Positions 28,606 through 39,034 of a DNA stretch of 64,000 nucleotides are shown one piece after another. Under the pieces are notes generated by a model, which was given only the letters and a program-made list of their open reading frames with translations, made no database searches and was not told the origin of the DNA. How positions within the stretch are numbered: position 1 is the first letter of the stretch; every line of letters begins with the position of its first letter. The position numbers and the translations under genes were made by a program. Location of the stretch: the IMG/VR virus record IMGVR_UViG_3300022902_000006; one strand, 5' to 3'. Source of the stretch: a virus.

Positions 28606-28913
28606 CGCAGCACCTCCGGTTCCTCCAACCAGCGAACCGGCTTACCGTGGTCCAGCGCATAGCGGTACTCGCGCCGCGTCCCGTTGCCGATGTAGCCACC
28701 CGGGTTGATGACCAGCACCTCGTTGCACAGGTCAATCTTGCGCAGGTGTAGCTCGTTCAGCGCTCGCCGCTCCTTGTCATCCTTCGGGTGGAAGTCCTTG
28801 AACACCCCAACAGTAAGCACGATGTTCCCTGCCAACGTCTCTGCACGGTTCGCAGCGTGGAACGCCTCTTCGAAGCGGGTGCTGCCGATGAGACAGACGA
28901 TCTTTGTTGTCAC
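28590..28913 (-). CDS. nucleoside 2-deoxyribosyltransferase-like (DUF4406-like) protein
   Basis: IVCLIGSTRF...LHLRKIDLC.EVLVIN.GGYIG.GT.RE..YA...GKPV. Confidence 0.7.
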   Translation of the reverse strand: MTTKIVCLIGSTRFEEAFHAANRAETLAGNIVLTVGVFKDFHPKDDKERRALNELHLRKIDLCNEVLVINPGGYIGNGTRREYRYALDHGKPVRWLEEPEVLRDVLK

Positions 28914-31900
28914 CCCACCACCTCCTTCCAGTCCTCACGCATTCGTTTCAGCTCCTCCAGCACACCATCCCGCAGATCGTACAAATCCTCGCAGAGTCGG
29001 ACCCAGGTCACACAGTACGCACGCTCCCAAACGAAGAGTGTGATGGAATGCGCCCCCACCTCTACACCGTAGCCCCGCTGGTTCTCACCCCGGGGAATCC
29101 ACCCGCGCATCACCCACTCACCTCTTATCTTTGGCATCTTTGCCCTCCTCAACGGCACGTCGGAACGCCGCCGTCAACTCCTGCCACTGCTTCAGCAACC
29201 CCTGCTGCTTGGCCCAGCGCTTCTCCTTGAGGATGGCGAGCCGGTCAGCCTTGAGCCCCTGCATGTTGTACTTGGTCATCTCTCCCCCTCCGTGCCTCCA
29301 GTGGTTGGATTCGGTTCGTGTTGCTTCTCCACCTCGCCGTACAGGTAGGCGTCTGAGCACTCATCTGAGCACCACACCAAGGGGATGCCCGGATACCAGT
29401 GCCACCCCGCCTTCTTGTCCCATGGCTCGCGCTTACCGCATGTCCCGCAGGTGTAGGTCACTTGCTGGATCCGGTCAGATCGTGTGCCCCCTTGAGTGCC
29501 AGGTACCGCTCCTGTTCGCCACTGACCCGCTCCCTCAGCCGCTCAATCTCGGCGTCCTTCTCCTCTGCCACCTCAATAATCCTGTCCTTGAGCGCGGTAA
29601 TCTCACGCTGCATTTTTCGTTGACTATCCATTTTTCTCTCCATCTTTGAGCGCCCGCACGATGTCCTGATACAGGGTCTCGTCGTGGCTCTTGGCTAGTG
29701 GTATGCACCTGGTCAACAGTGCGCAGGTAACGGTCATGGCGGCTACACGCTTCCGAACACGGGCCAGCTCCACGTTCAGCGCATCCACGTTATCAGCCTC
29801 TATGCCGGCCCACTTTCGCACGCCCTTAACCTCGGATCGGAGCGCATCACGTTCTTTATCCAGGGCCTCAACCCCCGCCTCAACCCGACTCCCCGAAACA
29901 ATCCGCCACACGGTAGCCAGATCTGCGACGGCCTGCTCTGGAGCCCACCCGTTGCAGTTGCGGATGTGGTTGCGCTCCAGGCGCTGTAGTGCCAGCGGTG
30001 CATCGCCGTCCGATCCATCTTGACGCCCGGACACGAGCCGGGTCAGGGTCGCGAGGGCTTCCAGGGTTTCTGCCTTGGGGTGTATGCCGAGTCGGCCTGT
30101 CGCGTTGATATAGTGCCGCACGGTGTCCAGCGCCCGCAGCCCGTCGCGCTCCTGGTCCTGGTTAGGCCTCCGATCTCGGCTGTTAGGTTTTGGATTCATT
30201 TCTCGTCTCCCCCTTGCTGCAAGCGGTAAGAAGTGGGCGTTTTAGAAAGCACCACGCGATACTGGTTTTATGGGGGTCATGGTATGCAGACACCAACTCC
30301 CACCCCTCTGCGCCTAATTCATTCAACAATGCTTCGATACATTCACCAGGGTGCTCGCACGTCGTTTTATACTCCCACTTCATGGCTGCTCCTTAGTGGT
30401 GGGAAGCGGACGCCCCATTGAGTCGACGGTCGGCTCAGAGCAAAGCTTGTCCATTAATTTGCGGAGGCGCTTCCTGTTGGTCTCAGAGCACTTGCCGCAC
30501 CGAGTCTTCCCAGGGTGCCCGGGCATGGCTTCGGCGTATTCCATTCCGTGTTTTTTACAGATCATGACTGCCCCTTAGATCTGGCTCGGCGTTCCAGGTC
30601 GCACATCTCGCCCTCTTCCCTGACCTGATAGAACGCGCCCTGCCAGAAGATGGATATCTTGCTCTTGGCTTTGTGTTTTATTTCCCCAAATACCACCCCG
30701 CGCCCCAACGACAAGCCAAGGGTGAAAGCCACCAAGATCAAAATACCGCCGATTGTGTAGAGAGTTATCACGTCACTTCTCCTGTCCGGATCCGGCCTTC
30801 GCCTTTAGTTCTGCCTTCTGTTTCGCCCTGGCCAACGGCCCGCGCCGCTTGTGCGTGCCCTTGCGCCATCCAAGGTGGCGGCGGATCACGCTGTGATGGA
30901 TGCCTATGATTTTCTGAATCTTCGGCCATGAGCAACTCCACACTCAACCAAATCAGCCACCGCGCACCCGGCAAACCCAGCGCCTGGATCCGCAACCATG
31001 TGCCGGTCGCCGCGCCAGTGGTTCGGGTCGCCGTCGTAGGGTATGCCGCACGTGGAGCAGCGGTGGACGCAGGCCCCGCACACCGCCAGCACCAGGACCG
31101 CGTCCCGTTTTAGCTCGGCGAACCTGTGACAGACGGGACACCAGCCCCATCCGCACTCCGGGCACGTCGGGCGGTGGTCATCGGCCTCGCGCTGGAACTT
31201 GTGGCCGCAGTGGTCGCATGTGTCGCGGACTGGCGGCGGGGCGTCGTAGGGGTAGCCGGTCACGAGACCGCCCCCAAGTGCCACAGGAGCCGCCAGGCGA
31301 TCCCCTCGTGCGCGTACCTGGTCTCCTCACAGCCTGGTGTCGCGCAGGAGCCGCCCCAGAGGCCGTCCTTGGGTCTGAACTCATGATCGAGCCGCGGGGC
31401 CAGGAGGGTGCTCAGGGCGCGGTAGGTGGCCAGGCGTCTGGCGTATGCCTTCAGGCGGGCGCCGTTGCCTTGTTGGTGGGTTGTGCTATTCTGTTTGGAC
31501 ATCTGATCTCCTTGTTTCAAGCCAGGCCCTGTTCACGCGGGGCCTGGTGTACCTGAGTAATACGCGTCGTACGTCCAGTGCATCCTGTACTCGTCGGGAC
31601 CGAACCTTTCGAGGCCGTGATCGTAGCTGCCGCTGGTGTTGTATCTACCCATCACCACCTCCTCACGCGTAGTGCGCATGGTCTGGGCAATAATGCCACT
31701 CAAACCTAGCGGACCCAGGACCCCCGGGGGGTTCTATCTGCACACGCTTCATCCACCCGCTACTGCTAATCTCCGGATGCGGTTTAATCGTGGCGTCACA
31801 AGCGTCACACTCCAGTCGCACAAGAAACCTCCTGCCGGTACCCTCTTCAACTGCGTAGACCTTAGCCATCGATCGGCCCCTGCGGCAGAAGCGCCCAGTG

Positions 31901-32056
31901 TTTGCCGTCCCAGTAATACCACCCCAGGTCAGTCTCGACGTACCAAGCGTTGCGCTCCGTGTTGTAGCGCATGGAAAGAACCTCCTTACCGGGAGGATCA
32001 GAGAAGCTGTACTGTTTGAGAATACGTGCATGGTGCTCCGTCATCCGCATCGTCAT
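28910..32056 (-). other. dense run of short hypothetical early-type CDS (largest 29624-30199)
   Basis: About 12 coupled ORFs of 60-190 aa with GGAG RBSs. Confidence 0.5.
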
Positions 32057-32781
32057 GCCTCCTCCTCCTCATGTGCAGGAAGTTGTAGCTTCTCCCCCAC
32101 CGCCAGCGCGTGCAACTGCCGAATAGACGAAAGGCCAAGACGCATCACCGCTGACATCGTGAACGCCTCAATCTCCGCCTTGCCTGCCACGACAACCTTC
32201 TCCGCAGCCTCCTTGAAGGACTCAACGGCAAAGGGGCGGTTGGCCTCCACCTCGCGCATCACGTACTCCAGGACACCTCGTAAGTGCTCGCGGTCTCCCT
32301 TACCGATGCGTGACTTCCTGAGTAGCGACAGCCCGTGGTCAACCTTCGCCCGGAGCTTATCGACGATCTCCGCCTGGTCCTCAACGAAGCCACGCACAAC
32401 CCTCTCAACCTCTGTCTTCATCGACGGTGCGATGCCTGGCACAGATTCACCACCGAGACGCGAAAGCGTACAGGGGACACCCTCTCCCATGTTGGGCGTC
32501 GTAAGGAACTCTGCGTATTGTGCTTGGCTCAGGTGCACTTCAACGATGTTGCGCCCCGAGGAAAACCAATACCTCAAGAGGTGAAACCGTCGCTTGCTGT
32601 GTTTGATTTTGATGCAGATGAAAGTACCGTGGTCTTCGATTGCGGAGCCATACAGCTTGGCGTGGCCCTGCACGCGAGTCACACTGATCTGTCCGTACGC
32701 CGGATGTGTCTCCAGCTCTTCAGTCTCTCCTGGAGTAGTGCCCGGGACCTTGGTGATCTTCGGTTCGCGAGTGGGGGTCAT
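32053..32781 (-). CDS. conserved-type phage hypothetical protein
   Basis: HPAYGQI...LYGS...EV.LS.AQ.AE...PN.G.GVPCT pattern. Confidence 0.7.
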   Translation of the reverse strand: MTPTREPKITKVPGTTPGETEELETHPAYGQISVTRVQGHAKLYGSAIEDHGTFICIKIKHSKRRFHLLRYWFSSGRNIVEVHLSQAQYAEFLTTPNMGEGVPCTLSRLGGESVPGIAPSMKTEVERVVRGFVEDQAEIVDKLRAKVDHGLSLLRKSRIGKGDREHLRGVLEYVMREVEANRPFAVESFKEAAEKVVVAGKAEIEAFTMSAVMRLGLSSIRQLHALAVGEKLQLPAHEEEEA

Positions 32782-33070
32782 CAGCGCAGCTCAGCTATTA
32801 CGTCGGATGAGTTCATCGACCCTCTCTGCCTTTGTGGGACCCTCGCTCCAACCCTTCTCCGGATCAGGGGCCTCAATTTGTTGTACTCGGTTCAGCGTCG
32901 TGGGGTGGAGAATCCACAAGCTCCCATCCGCGAATCGCTTCCGGGGCCACGACGATCTCTTCTTCGCACGATCCCGCGTGAGGCGGTCCAGCGCACGTTT
33001 CAACGACGCACGCCGCTGCTCCTTCGACTTTCTCTTGGGCATCTATTCCTTTTTTAGCTTAAAGTGGTGT

Positions 33071-33898
33071 ATGGCCAAAGATCATGTAACCAAATTCGAC
33101 GCTGTAGCGGGTGGTATCGTAACAGTAACAACCTCCGACAACATCGAAGATTGTACCAACGCCGCAGATGTCGTGGCAGTCAACGATGTTGTTTACCTCA
33201 ACGCGGACAACCAAGTAGCCAAGGCAAGTGCCACTAGCGCGCACAGGGTATTTGGGATCGTCTTTGAGATAACCGACTCCACGCATTGTCGTGTTATCAC
33301 AGGCGGATTGATTGAAGGCTTCAGCACTGGAATGTCAATCGGCGACGACTACTTCCTGGCGGAGAATGGTGCACTGCACCTGGTCCCCGACCCCTACCAC
33401 CACCGCATCGGTTTTGCGTTCAACGCTACGGACCTGTTCCTCCGCATCGAGAAGCCCCAAGCAGTTGTCATGGGCTCGTGTCTGGTCACCACTCTCGGGG
33501 GAATAACGTTAACCACAAAAGATACGTGGTACTCGTGGACGGGGCTTTCTCCTGCGGTGTGGGCGGATGTAGATGAGGACTTGTTCACTCACGCGGATGG
33601 CGTCCTAACCCACATCGGCGGTGCACATTGCTGGGCGCTGTGTTCCTGCCACATCTACGCTTCATCCACTACGATAGGGCCGTACCACCTCGGTATTTCA
33701 CACAACGGGGATGACCCTGACCTCTACAGCACCATGCGCTTAGCTGGAACAGCTAACAGCTTCACCATGCAAAGAGCCATTTATGTGGCAGAGGGCGACA
33801 CATTGGAACTTATGATGCAGAAGCCCGGTGTAGACGGCTGTTGGGTACAGGTCAATACCGGGTCCTGGTTCTCTGCGGTGGGCTTGAATCTGAAGTAG
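33071..33898 (+). CDS. capsid decoration/fibre-like structural protein
   Basis: VAVNDVVYL...V.KA....FGIV...C.VIT.G...G...G..YFL...G.L...IGFA..AT.L module plus beta-rich C-domain. Confidence 0.6.
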   Translation: MAKDHVTKFDAVAGGIVTVTTSDNIEDCTNAADVVAVNDVVYLNADNQVAKASATSAHRVFGIVFEITDSTHCRVITGGLIEGFSTGMSIGDDYFLAENGALHLVPDPYHHRIGFAFNATDLFLRIEKPQAVVMGSCLVTTLGGITLTTKDTWYSWTGLSPAVWADVDEDLFTHADGVLTHIGGAHCWALCSCHIYASSTTIGPYHLGISHNGDDPDLYSTMRLAGTANSFTMQRAIYVAEGDTLELMMQKPGVDGCWVQVNTGSWFSAVGLNLK

Positions 33899-33973
33899 CA
33901 ACCCCAACGGGATTTGAACCCGTGTCACCGGCGTGAAAGGCCGGTGTCCTTGGCCATGCTAGACGATGGGGTC
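33899..33973 (-). tRNA. tRNA-Glu (TTC)
   Basis: GACCCCA/TGGGGTT acceptor, loop CT-TTC-AC, T-arm ACGGG-TTCAAAT-CCCGT. Confidence 0.9.
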
Positions 33974-34131
33974 TAAACAACAGGGGGAACTCCTCCCCTG
34001 CTGCGGCAGTTTACAGCATGAACATCATTCCGATCCAGAGCGCGATGACGACAGCGCCACCAACGGTCTGAACCAACTCTTGTTTGTCTTCCCGCGTCAT
34101 GTACAGTCCTCCGGGCATTCTCTTGTACCCG

Positions 34132-34386
34132 TTAGAAGCGTTTCTTTGTGACGTACACGCGGTCCTCGTTGTCCCAATCCTCCCACGTATCGCCGTTGTC
34201 CAACTCCAGACTACGCACGAACTCAGTGGGGTGCTTGATGACCTTGATGACCGTCAGACACTCACTCTTTTTCGGCGGTGTGTCTGTGGTGAGCGTAACG
34301 AGCATGTCACCCTTCTTGACCTTCTCTACCTTCTTCAGGGTGAGACCAGCGGGGAGCTTGGATGTCTTAGTTTTGCGTTTCGCCAT
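34132..34386 (-). CDS. small basic hypothetical protein
   Basis: GGGAG RBS. Confidence 0.6.
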   Translation of the reverse strand: MAKRKTKTSKLPAGLTLKKVEKVKKGDMLVTLTTDTPPKKSECLTVIKVIKHPTEFVRSLELDNGDTWEDWDNEDRVYVTKKRF

Positions 34387-34666
34387 CTGGCTCTCCCACG
34401 AGGTGGCTCAAAAGCTGATGACACTTCTGCTCATATGTCTGGATCCGCTCTTCAAGAGAACGCACCAGCGCCACATCCTTCGTGATGCCCGCCTCCAGCT
34501 CCATGAACTGGCGCAACCGTTGAAAACGATCAGTGGTTGACACATCAAGGCCCAACTCCTTCGCGCGTATGTGCACACGCGGGTCCCACCCACCATTGAG
34601 CTGCGACGCCTGTACGACGACAACCTTCGGTCCTGTACTGGTATCCGCCATCAGCCCACCTTCCAT
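34367..34666 (-). CDS. hypothetical protein
   Basis: ORF in operon. Confidence 0.55.
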   Translation of the reverse strand: MEGGLMADTSTGPKVVVVQASQLNGGWDPRVHIRAKELGLDVSTTDRFQRLRQFMELEAGITKDVALVRSLEERIQTYEQKCHQLLSHLVGEPDGETQN

Positions 34667-35073
34667 TCGTTGGGTTTTGTCGCCATGGTACCACCACGCG
34701 TCATGGGCAGACCCCCGGGCGCGTGATCACGATAGAACGTCGCAATAGCGTTCTTGCAGTGCTGACTGCCTGGCGTGAAGTCCCGGCACACCTTGGGGCG
34801 CCCCTCGTAGACATCGCAGCGACAATCCACGAGGACACGCCCCTTGAGCGCGATGCACGCGGGGCCGTCTGGGTGTGACTTGTTCACCCGAAGACCTTGG
34901 TAGAAGTGTCCATGCAGGTCAGGAGAGCACACGTAACGCTGGTACGCCTCGGGGAGTCGCTCCAAGTCCGCGTCAGTCACCTCAGCGTAGTAGTTGCTGG
35001 CGTGACCGCCGCTCGCCGGAATGTCGGAGAGGCAGCAGATGCCACACTCTTGGCAGTTGAATTCCTCTGGCAT
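34651..35073 (-). CDS. YkgJ/FliB-type Cys-cluster (Zn or Fe-S) protein
   Basis: CQECGICC...CIAL...C.C.VYEGRP.VCRDF. Confidence 0.85.
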   Translation of the reverse strand: MPEEFNCQECGICCLSDIPASGGHASNYYAEVTDADLERLPEAYQRYVCSPDLHGHFYQGLRVNKSHPDGPACIALKGRVLVDCRCDVYEGRPKVCRDFTPGSQHCKNAIATFYRDHAPGGLPMTRGGTMATKPNEWKVG

Positions 35074-35075
35074 GA

Positions 35076-36026
35076 CTACGCCAGCTCGTCGAGGTAGCGC
35101 TGGACGAAACCCTGCTCGTGGCCCAAGGCAACCCACTTCCAGAAGCCACGACTCAGCTCAGCGGCGTCGACGCGCGCCAGGAACTCGGTGCACTCCTTGT
35201 CGTGCTGCGCCACCACGCGCTCACCCGCGTCCTGCAGCGTATCCACCAACTGCTTCACCACCCCGTTCTCCCGCCGCAGCCGGTACACCTCATCCTGCAG
35301 CGCGTTGACGTCCTCGGGGATGTTGTTCCCCTCAGCCCAGAGCGCGCGGGTTTCCTCATCCATGGGCTCCTCGGGGGACTCGCTGGTGACACCCGCGTAC
35401 ATGGACTCAGCCGAGTCATTCGCCTGAATGGCCGCGTTGTGGTCCACGTGATCCACGGAGGACGCATGCATCTCCGCCTCCTGCTCGGGGGTGAGGAGCT
35501 TCTTGAGAGGGGCGTTCTTCACCGCCTCAGTGATCTCCGCGCCCTTGCCCGTGCCGACGTTGAGTGCCATCGCCTTGAGCTTGTTGCTCTCCCACTTCCT
35601 CTTGCACACCTGGAAGTACGCCTTGCTGACCGGGCACTCACCCTTGAACGCCGCGACCCACCACCCGGAGAAATCCTCGAAGGTGAGGGTGGGATCCGTG
35701 TCCAGGTACCGGTGGATCATCTTCGCCTGGGAGTCACCCTTCTGCGGCTGCACCTTGGTCTTGGGGGTAAACCCTGGCTCCTTCTGAGGGAGCACCGCCG
35801 CTTCCTCACCCAGCAACTCGATACGCTGCTTCTTGTACATGCTCTTGGCCTGGATGTAATACTTCTTCTTCACCGGGCAGATAGCGCGCTTGCCCTTACC
35901 CTGGGCCTTGCGCCACTCGTTGGTGAACTGCACGTAGTTCATCTTGACCCACGTACCATCTGCCGCGTGCTCATTGAGCACATCCCACACCTGCTGCTGC
36001 AGGCTCGGTCCTTTCTTCTTTTTCAT
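35076..36026 (-). CDS. hypothetical protein with two repeated helical domains and coiled coil
   Basis: F..EW.K..G....CP....YY.Q.K and F..WW..AF.GECP....YFQ..K. Confidence 0.7.
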   Translation of the reverse strand: MKKKKGPSLQQQVWDVLNEHAADGTWVKMNYVQFTNEWRKAQGKGKRAICPVKKKYYIQAKSMYKKQRIELLGEEAAVLPQKEPGFTPKTKVQPQKGDSQAKMIHRYLDTDPTLTFEDFSGWWVAAFKGECPVSKAYFQVCKRKWESNKLKAMALNVGTGKGAEITEAVKNAPLKKLLTPEQEAEMHASSVDHVDHNAAIQANDSAESMYAGVTSESPEEPMDEETRALWAEGNNIPEDVNALQDEVYRLRRENGVVKQLVDTLQDAGERVVAQHDKECTEFLARVDAAELSRGFWKWVALGHEQGFVQRYLDELA

Positions 36027-36028
36027 TT

Positions 36029-36850
36029 CTACGTCTCCGGATGGTTGTACGGCTGATACGTCGCCGCGTAGTTCTTCGCCACAGGCAGCTCTTCGAACTG
36101 ACGCCATTCGCGCCACAAATCCTCAAGGAACCGCTGCAACATGTAACGCTTCGCCGCTTTGTCCCGGTGGCTTCCATTCATACCCCAGGGGGCGGGTCCA
36201 CCTGACCCACCGCAGTTGCGACACTCGTGTCCGTAGAATGTACCCTTGCCTTTGCAAGCCATGCAGATGGGGACCATGGTGGTCTCCTTCCGCTGCTTGT
36301 AGTTGTTGTAGTGTGTGACGTACGGCTCTGTGCCGTGCTGCAGGAACTGATTCGCGATGCGGTCTGAACGGCACTTGCGGTACGAGGATACCTGGGTAGC
36401 AGGGAGTGCACGCCCGTTGCGGGGTGCTACGCCCCACCAGGCCCACAGGGATGAGGGGTGTGGGGCCTTGCTAATATCGATCTCCCCAATCAGCGCAGCG
36501 CCGAGCGCCGGGCCAATCCCTTTGATGTCCCGCAACCAGTGCTGCCAGAACTCCTCTTCCTTGAGCGCCAGATGCATCCGTCGGTACAGGTCCTTCTCCG
36601 ACACATTCGCAACGTGGATCATCTCCCGCGCGAAGACCGGCGTACGCCCCTTACCCACCACCTTGAGCAGCTCGATACGACACTGCTGGGTGTGGTGGTA
36701 GACACGCGCCACCTGAGCCAGCTCCGAGTAAATGCTCTTCTTGACCACCACCTTGCGCACTCTGGTTGCCCTCTTCTTGGGCGCCACCTTCTTCTTGGGC
36801 CTCATGGCATTTAGGGCCTCCTCTGCCCTCGCTCTTCCGGCGTCAAACAA
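36029..36850 (-). CDS. IS110/IS116-family C-terminal (Transposase_20-like) domain protein with inserted zinc finger
   Basis: IKGIGPALGAALIGEI, SLWAWWGVAP, CMAC..CRNC, H..AKRYM...FL..LW. Confidence 0.65.
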   Translation of the reverse strand: MFDAGRARAEEALNAMRPKKKVAPKKRATRVRKVVVKKSIYSELAQVARVYHHTQQCRIELLKVVGKGRTPVFAREMIHVANVSEKDLYRRMHLALKEEEFWQHWLRDIKGIGPALGAALIGEIDISKAPHPSSLWAWWGVAPRNGRALPATQVSSYRKCRSDRIANQFLQHGTEPYVTHYNNYKQRKETTMVPICMACKGKGTFYGHECRNCGGSGGPAPWGMNGSHRDKAAKRYMLQRFLEDLWREWRQFEELPVAKNYAATYQPYNHPET

Positions 36851-37986
36851 CTCGCCGGGTGCTCCATCTCATCATACTGCTTGTCCGAGATTCTTCCGTC
36901 TTTGCACAAGCCGTCTGTGAAATCGTTGAACGCCTCGCACCGTGCTACGTAGTCAATCTTTCTATCCTGCTCGTAGGTGTCACGCACACCCGGAAGTACG
37001 CACTGCGTGAACTCGCGAACCACCTGGGTCCACGTCATGTAACGACTCACATCCCTCCTACAAAGAAAACGTGCACCGCCCCCGTATCCTGCCGTCCCCG
37101 CAGGGACGACGAGTTGGACATAAGGGGCAGTGCACCGATGGGATAACGACCTCCGCGCGATCCGTGATGCGTCGCCGGGGGTTGGGAGTGGCGCGCAGAC
37201 TCTTCCGGAGATACGGGCTAATGTCAGCCCCGCACAAAGCCTACGGCCCCCACGTGTTAGGGCTCGCTGGGTCGACGCTCGCCGGTCTTGGAGCGTCGCC
37301 TTTGAGTGGCGAGTTACTGCGGTACTACTTCTCCTCCTCGTTGTGATGTCGTGTAAAGGTGATTCCGGACTCCCCGGATACCACCCGCCGCTCCCACCAC
37401 ACCCGCCGAAGCAGGTGCAGTGAGGGCGGTCTTGTCTTGTTGGTCGTCGCACCCGCTACGCGGGGGCCTCCTCCGTCTCCAGCGGACCCTCGAACGGCGT
37501 CTCCACGACCTCCTCCTCCTCCTTGGGCGGCACGCTGGTGGGGTACATCCACAGGGACGGCGCCTCCAGGTCGCGGTCGCCGAAAACGACGCAGGGGATG
37601 TTCTCGTCCGGGTCCGCGTCGCCCGTGGGGATGACGACACCGTGACCCGAAGCAGCGGACACCGTGCCAGCGGCAGCGAGAGACACACCACGCTCGGCCT
37701 TGGTGGAGGCGAAGTCCAGCTTCACCGACGCCCATGCGCACGCCTTGCCCATCATGCGGAAAACGAACCCCAGGGCGGCGAGCACCATCGCCGGGACCCC
37801 GAAGACGAAGGCACCCATCATGCACAGCACGACCGCCACGACGGCCACGATGACCAGCACCATGCTGAAGGAGTACGCCAGGCCACGCAGGGCCACAAAC
37901 TTCGCACTGAGTTCTTTCTTCATAATTCCCTCCGTAGGAATGTGGTTGAAGAATGGCTGCTCATCTTCTCGCGGTAACGAGAACAC
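36811..37986 (-). other. short hypothetical CDS including a membrane protein (37456-37923)
   Basis: Two hydrophobic helices in the 37456 ORF. Confidence 0.5.
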
Positions 37987-38084
37987 TTATTACGGTGTGG
38001 GGTCGAGTTGATGAGCGAATTAAGACACTCGACCTTACTTTCTTGTACCTGTTTGGGTGGTTATTTTTGAACGATTTACGGCAT

Positions 38085-38111
38085 AAAAAAACGGGGGTTA
38101 CGGCCCCCGTT
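38085..38111 (-). terminator. intrinsic terminator
   Basis: AACGGGGG/CCCCCGTT stem followed by T-tract on - strand, downstream of 38134 gene. Confidence 0.7.
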
Positions 38112-38133
38112 GTACTGCTCACACCAGCCCGCG

Positions 38134-38535
38134 CTAATGCACCTGCACCCAGCGCCAGGGCTGAGGCGTGGTGTAGTCACGCGGGTCGAACGCCCCGAAG
38201 ATGGGCTCATCCATGTTCACGCGACGACGCAACCCGTACCGCGTGGACGAGAAGGACTGCGTGTCCTCCAGGATGACGCTGTCAATGCCCAGCAGCACCT
38301 CGGCCATGAAGAAAAGGGACCGGGTATTGCGCACGTCGCTCTCGCGCCGCTCGTACAGCTTGTGCAACAGCGGAACCATGTCTGGGTTCACCAGCAGGAC
38401 CTGGGTGAGCGCCTGCTCAACCACAGCACCCTTCGCCGCCAGGTAACGGTTGTCCGATGCCCCAACAACCTTGAACCACGCCTGCTCAGCGCCATACTGG
38501 ATGATATCCAGAACCAACTCTGCTACATCTTTCAT
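38134..38535 (-). CDS. hypothetical protein
   Basis: GAGGAG RBS; bracketed by promoter-like element and terminator. Confidence 0.7.
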   Translation of the reverse strand: MKDVAELVLDIIQYGAEQAWFKVVGASDNRYLAAKGAVVEQALTQVLLVNPDMVPLLHKLYERRESDVRNTRSLFFMAEVLLGIDSVILEDTQSFSSTRYGLRRRVNMDEPIFGAFDPRDYTTPQPWRWVQVH

Positions 38536-39034
38536 GATGTATTGCTCCTCTCTCCGGATGAGAGATCATTACGCCTCGTCACTCTATAAGGGCACGGTCG
38601 ATAAGACGAGACGTGTTCAATGGTTGAACACTCGACCGCATATTCTTGTACCTGTTTGAGTATCATATTTTTAGGATCTAAAAAGCGGCGTGGGAGCGCC
38701 GCAGTGATGCCTTATGTAATGGGGCCAGAGACCAACTTCGAGGTGCAAGCTCGAAGTTGGTCTCAGCAGGCAGTAATAGCATCTCCCTCACCCCGGAGAT
38801 GCCGAGCACTGCCGAAGGTCTAATACCGACGTTGCGCCGGTCGCTCTAGGAGCACGCATCACTTGTTGGTACTTACTTACTACAAACAACCACGATACTT
38901 GAATCTCCCGCTCCTGCTGGTGTGGGACAGTTTTGTGGGGTAGTACGTAGGCCACCCCACAAAGTCTCGTGACCATCCCGCCAGGCTTGGTGGGGTGGGT
39001 AAGAACGCCCCACGGCGCAGTATGTGCCTAATAC

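Noticed and set aside
15897-33973. Prophage att sites at the canonical tRNAs
   Set aside because: No integrase, duplicated tRNA 3-prime ends or host-like genes in the window
36029-36850. Active IS110 insertion sequence
   Set aside because: DEDD domain absent and gene is embedded in a coupled operon
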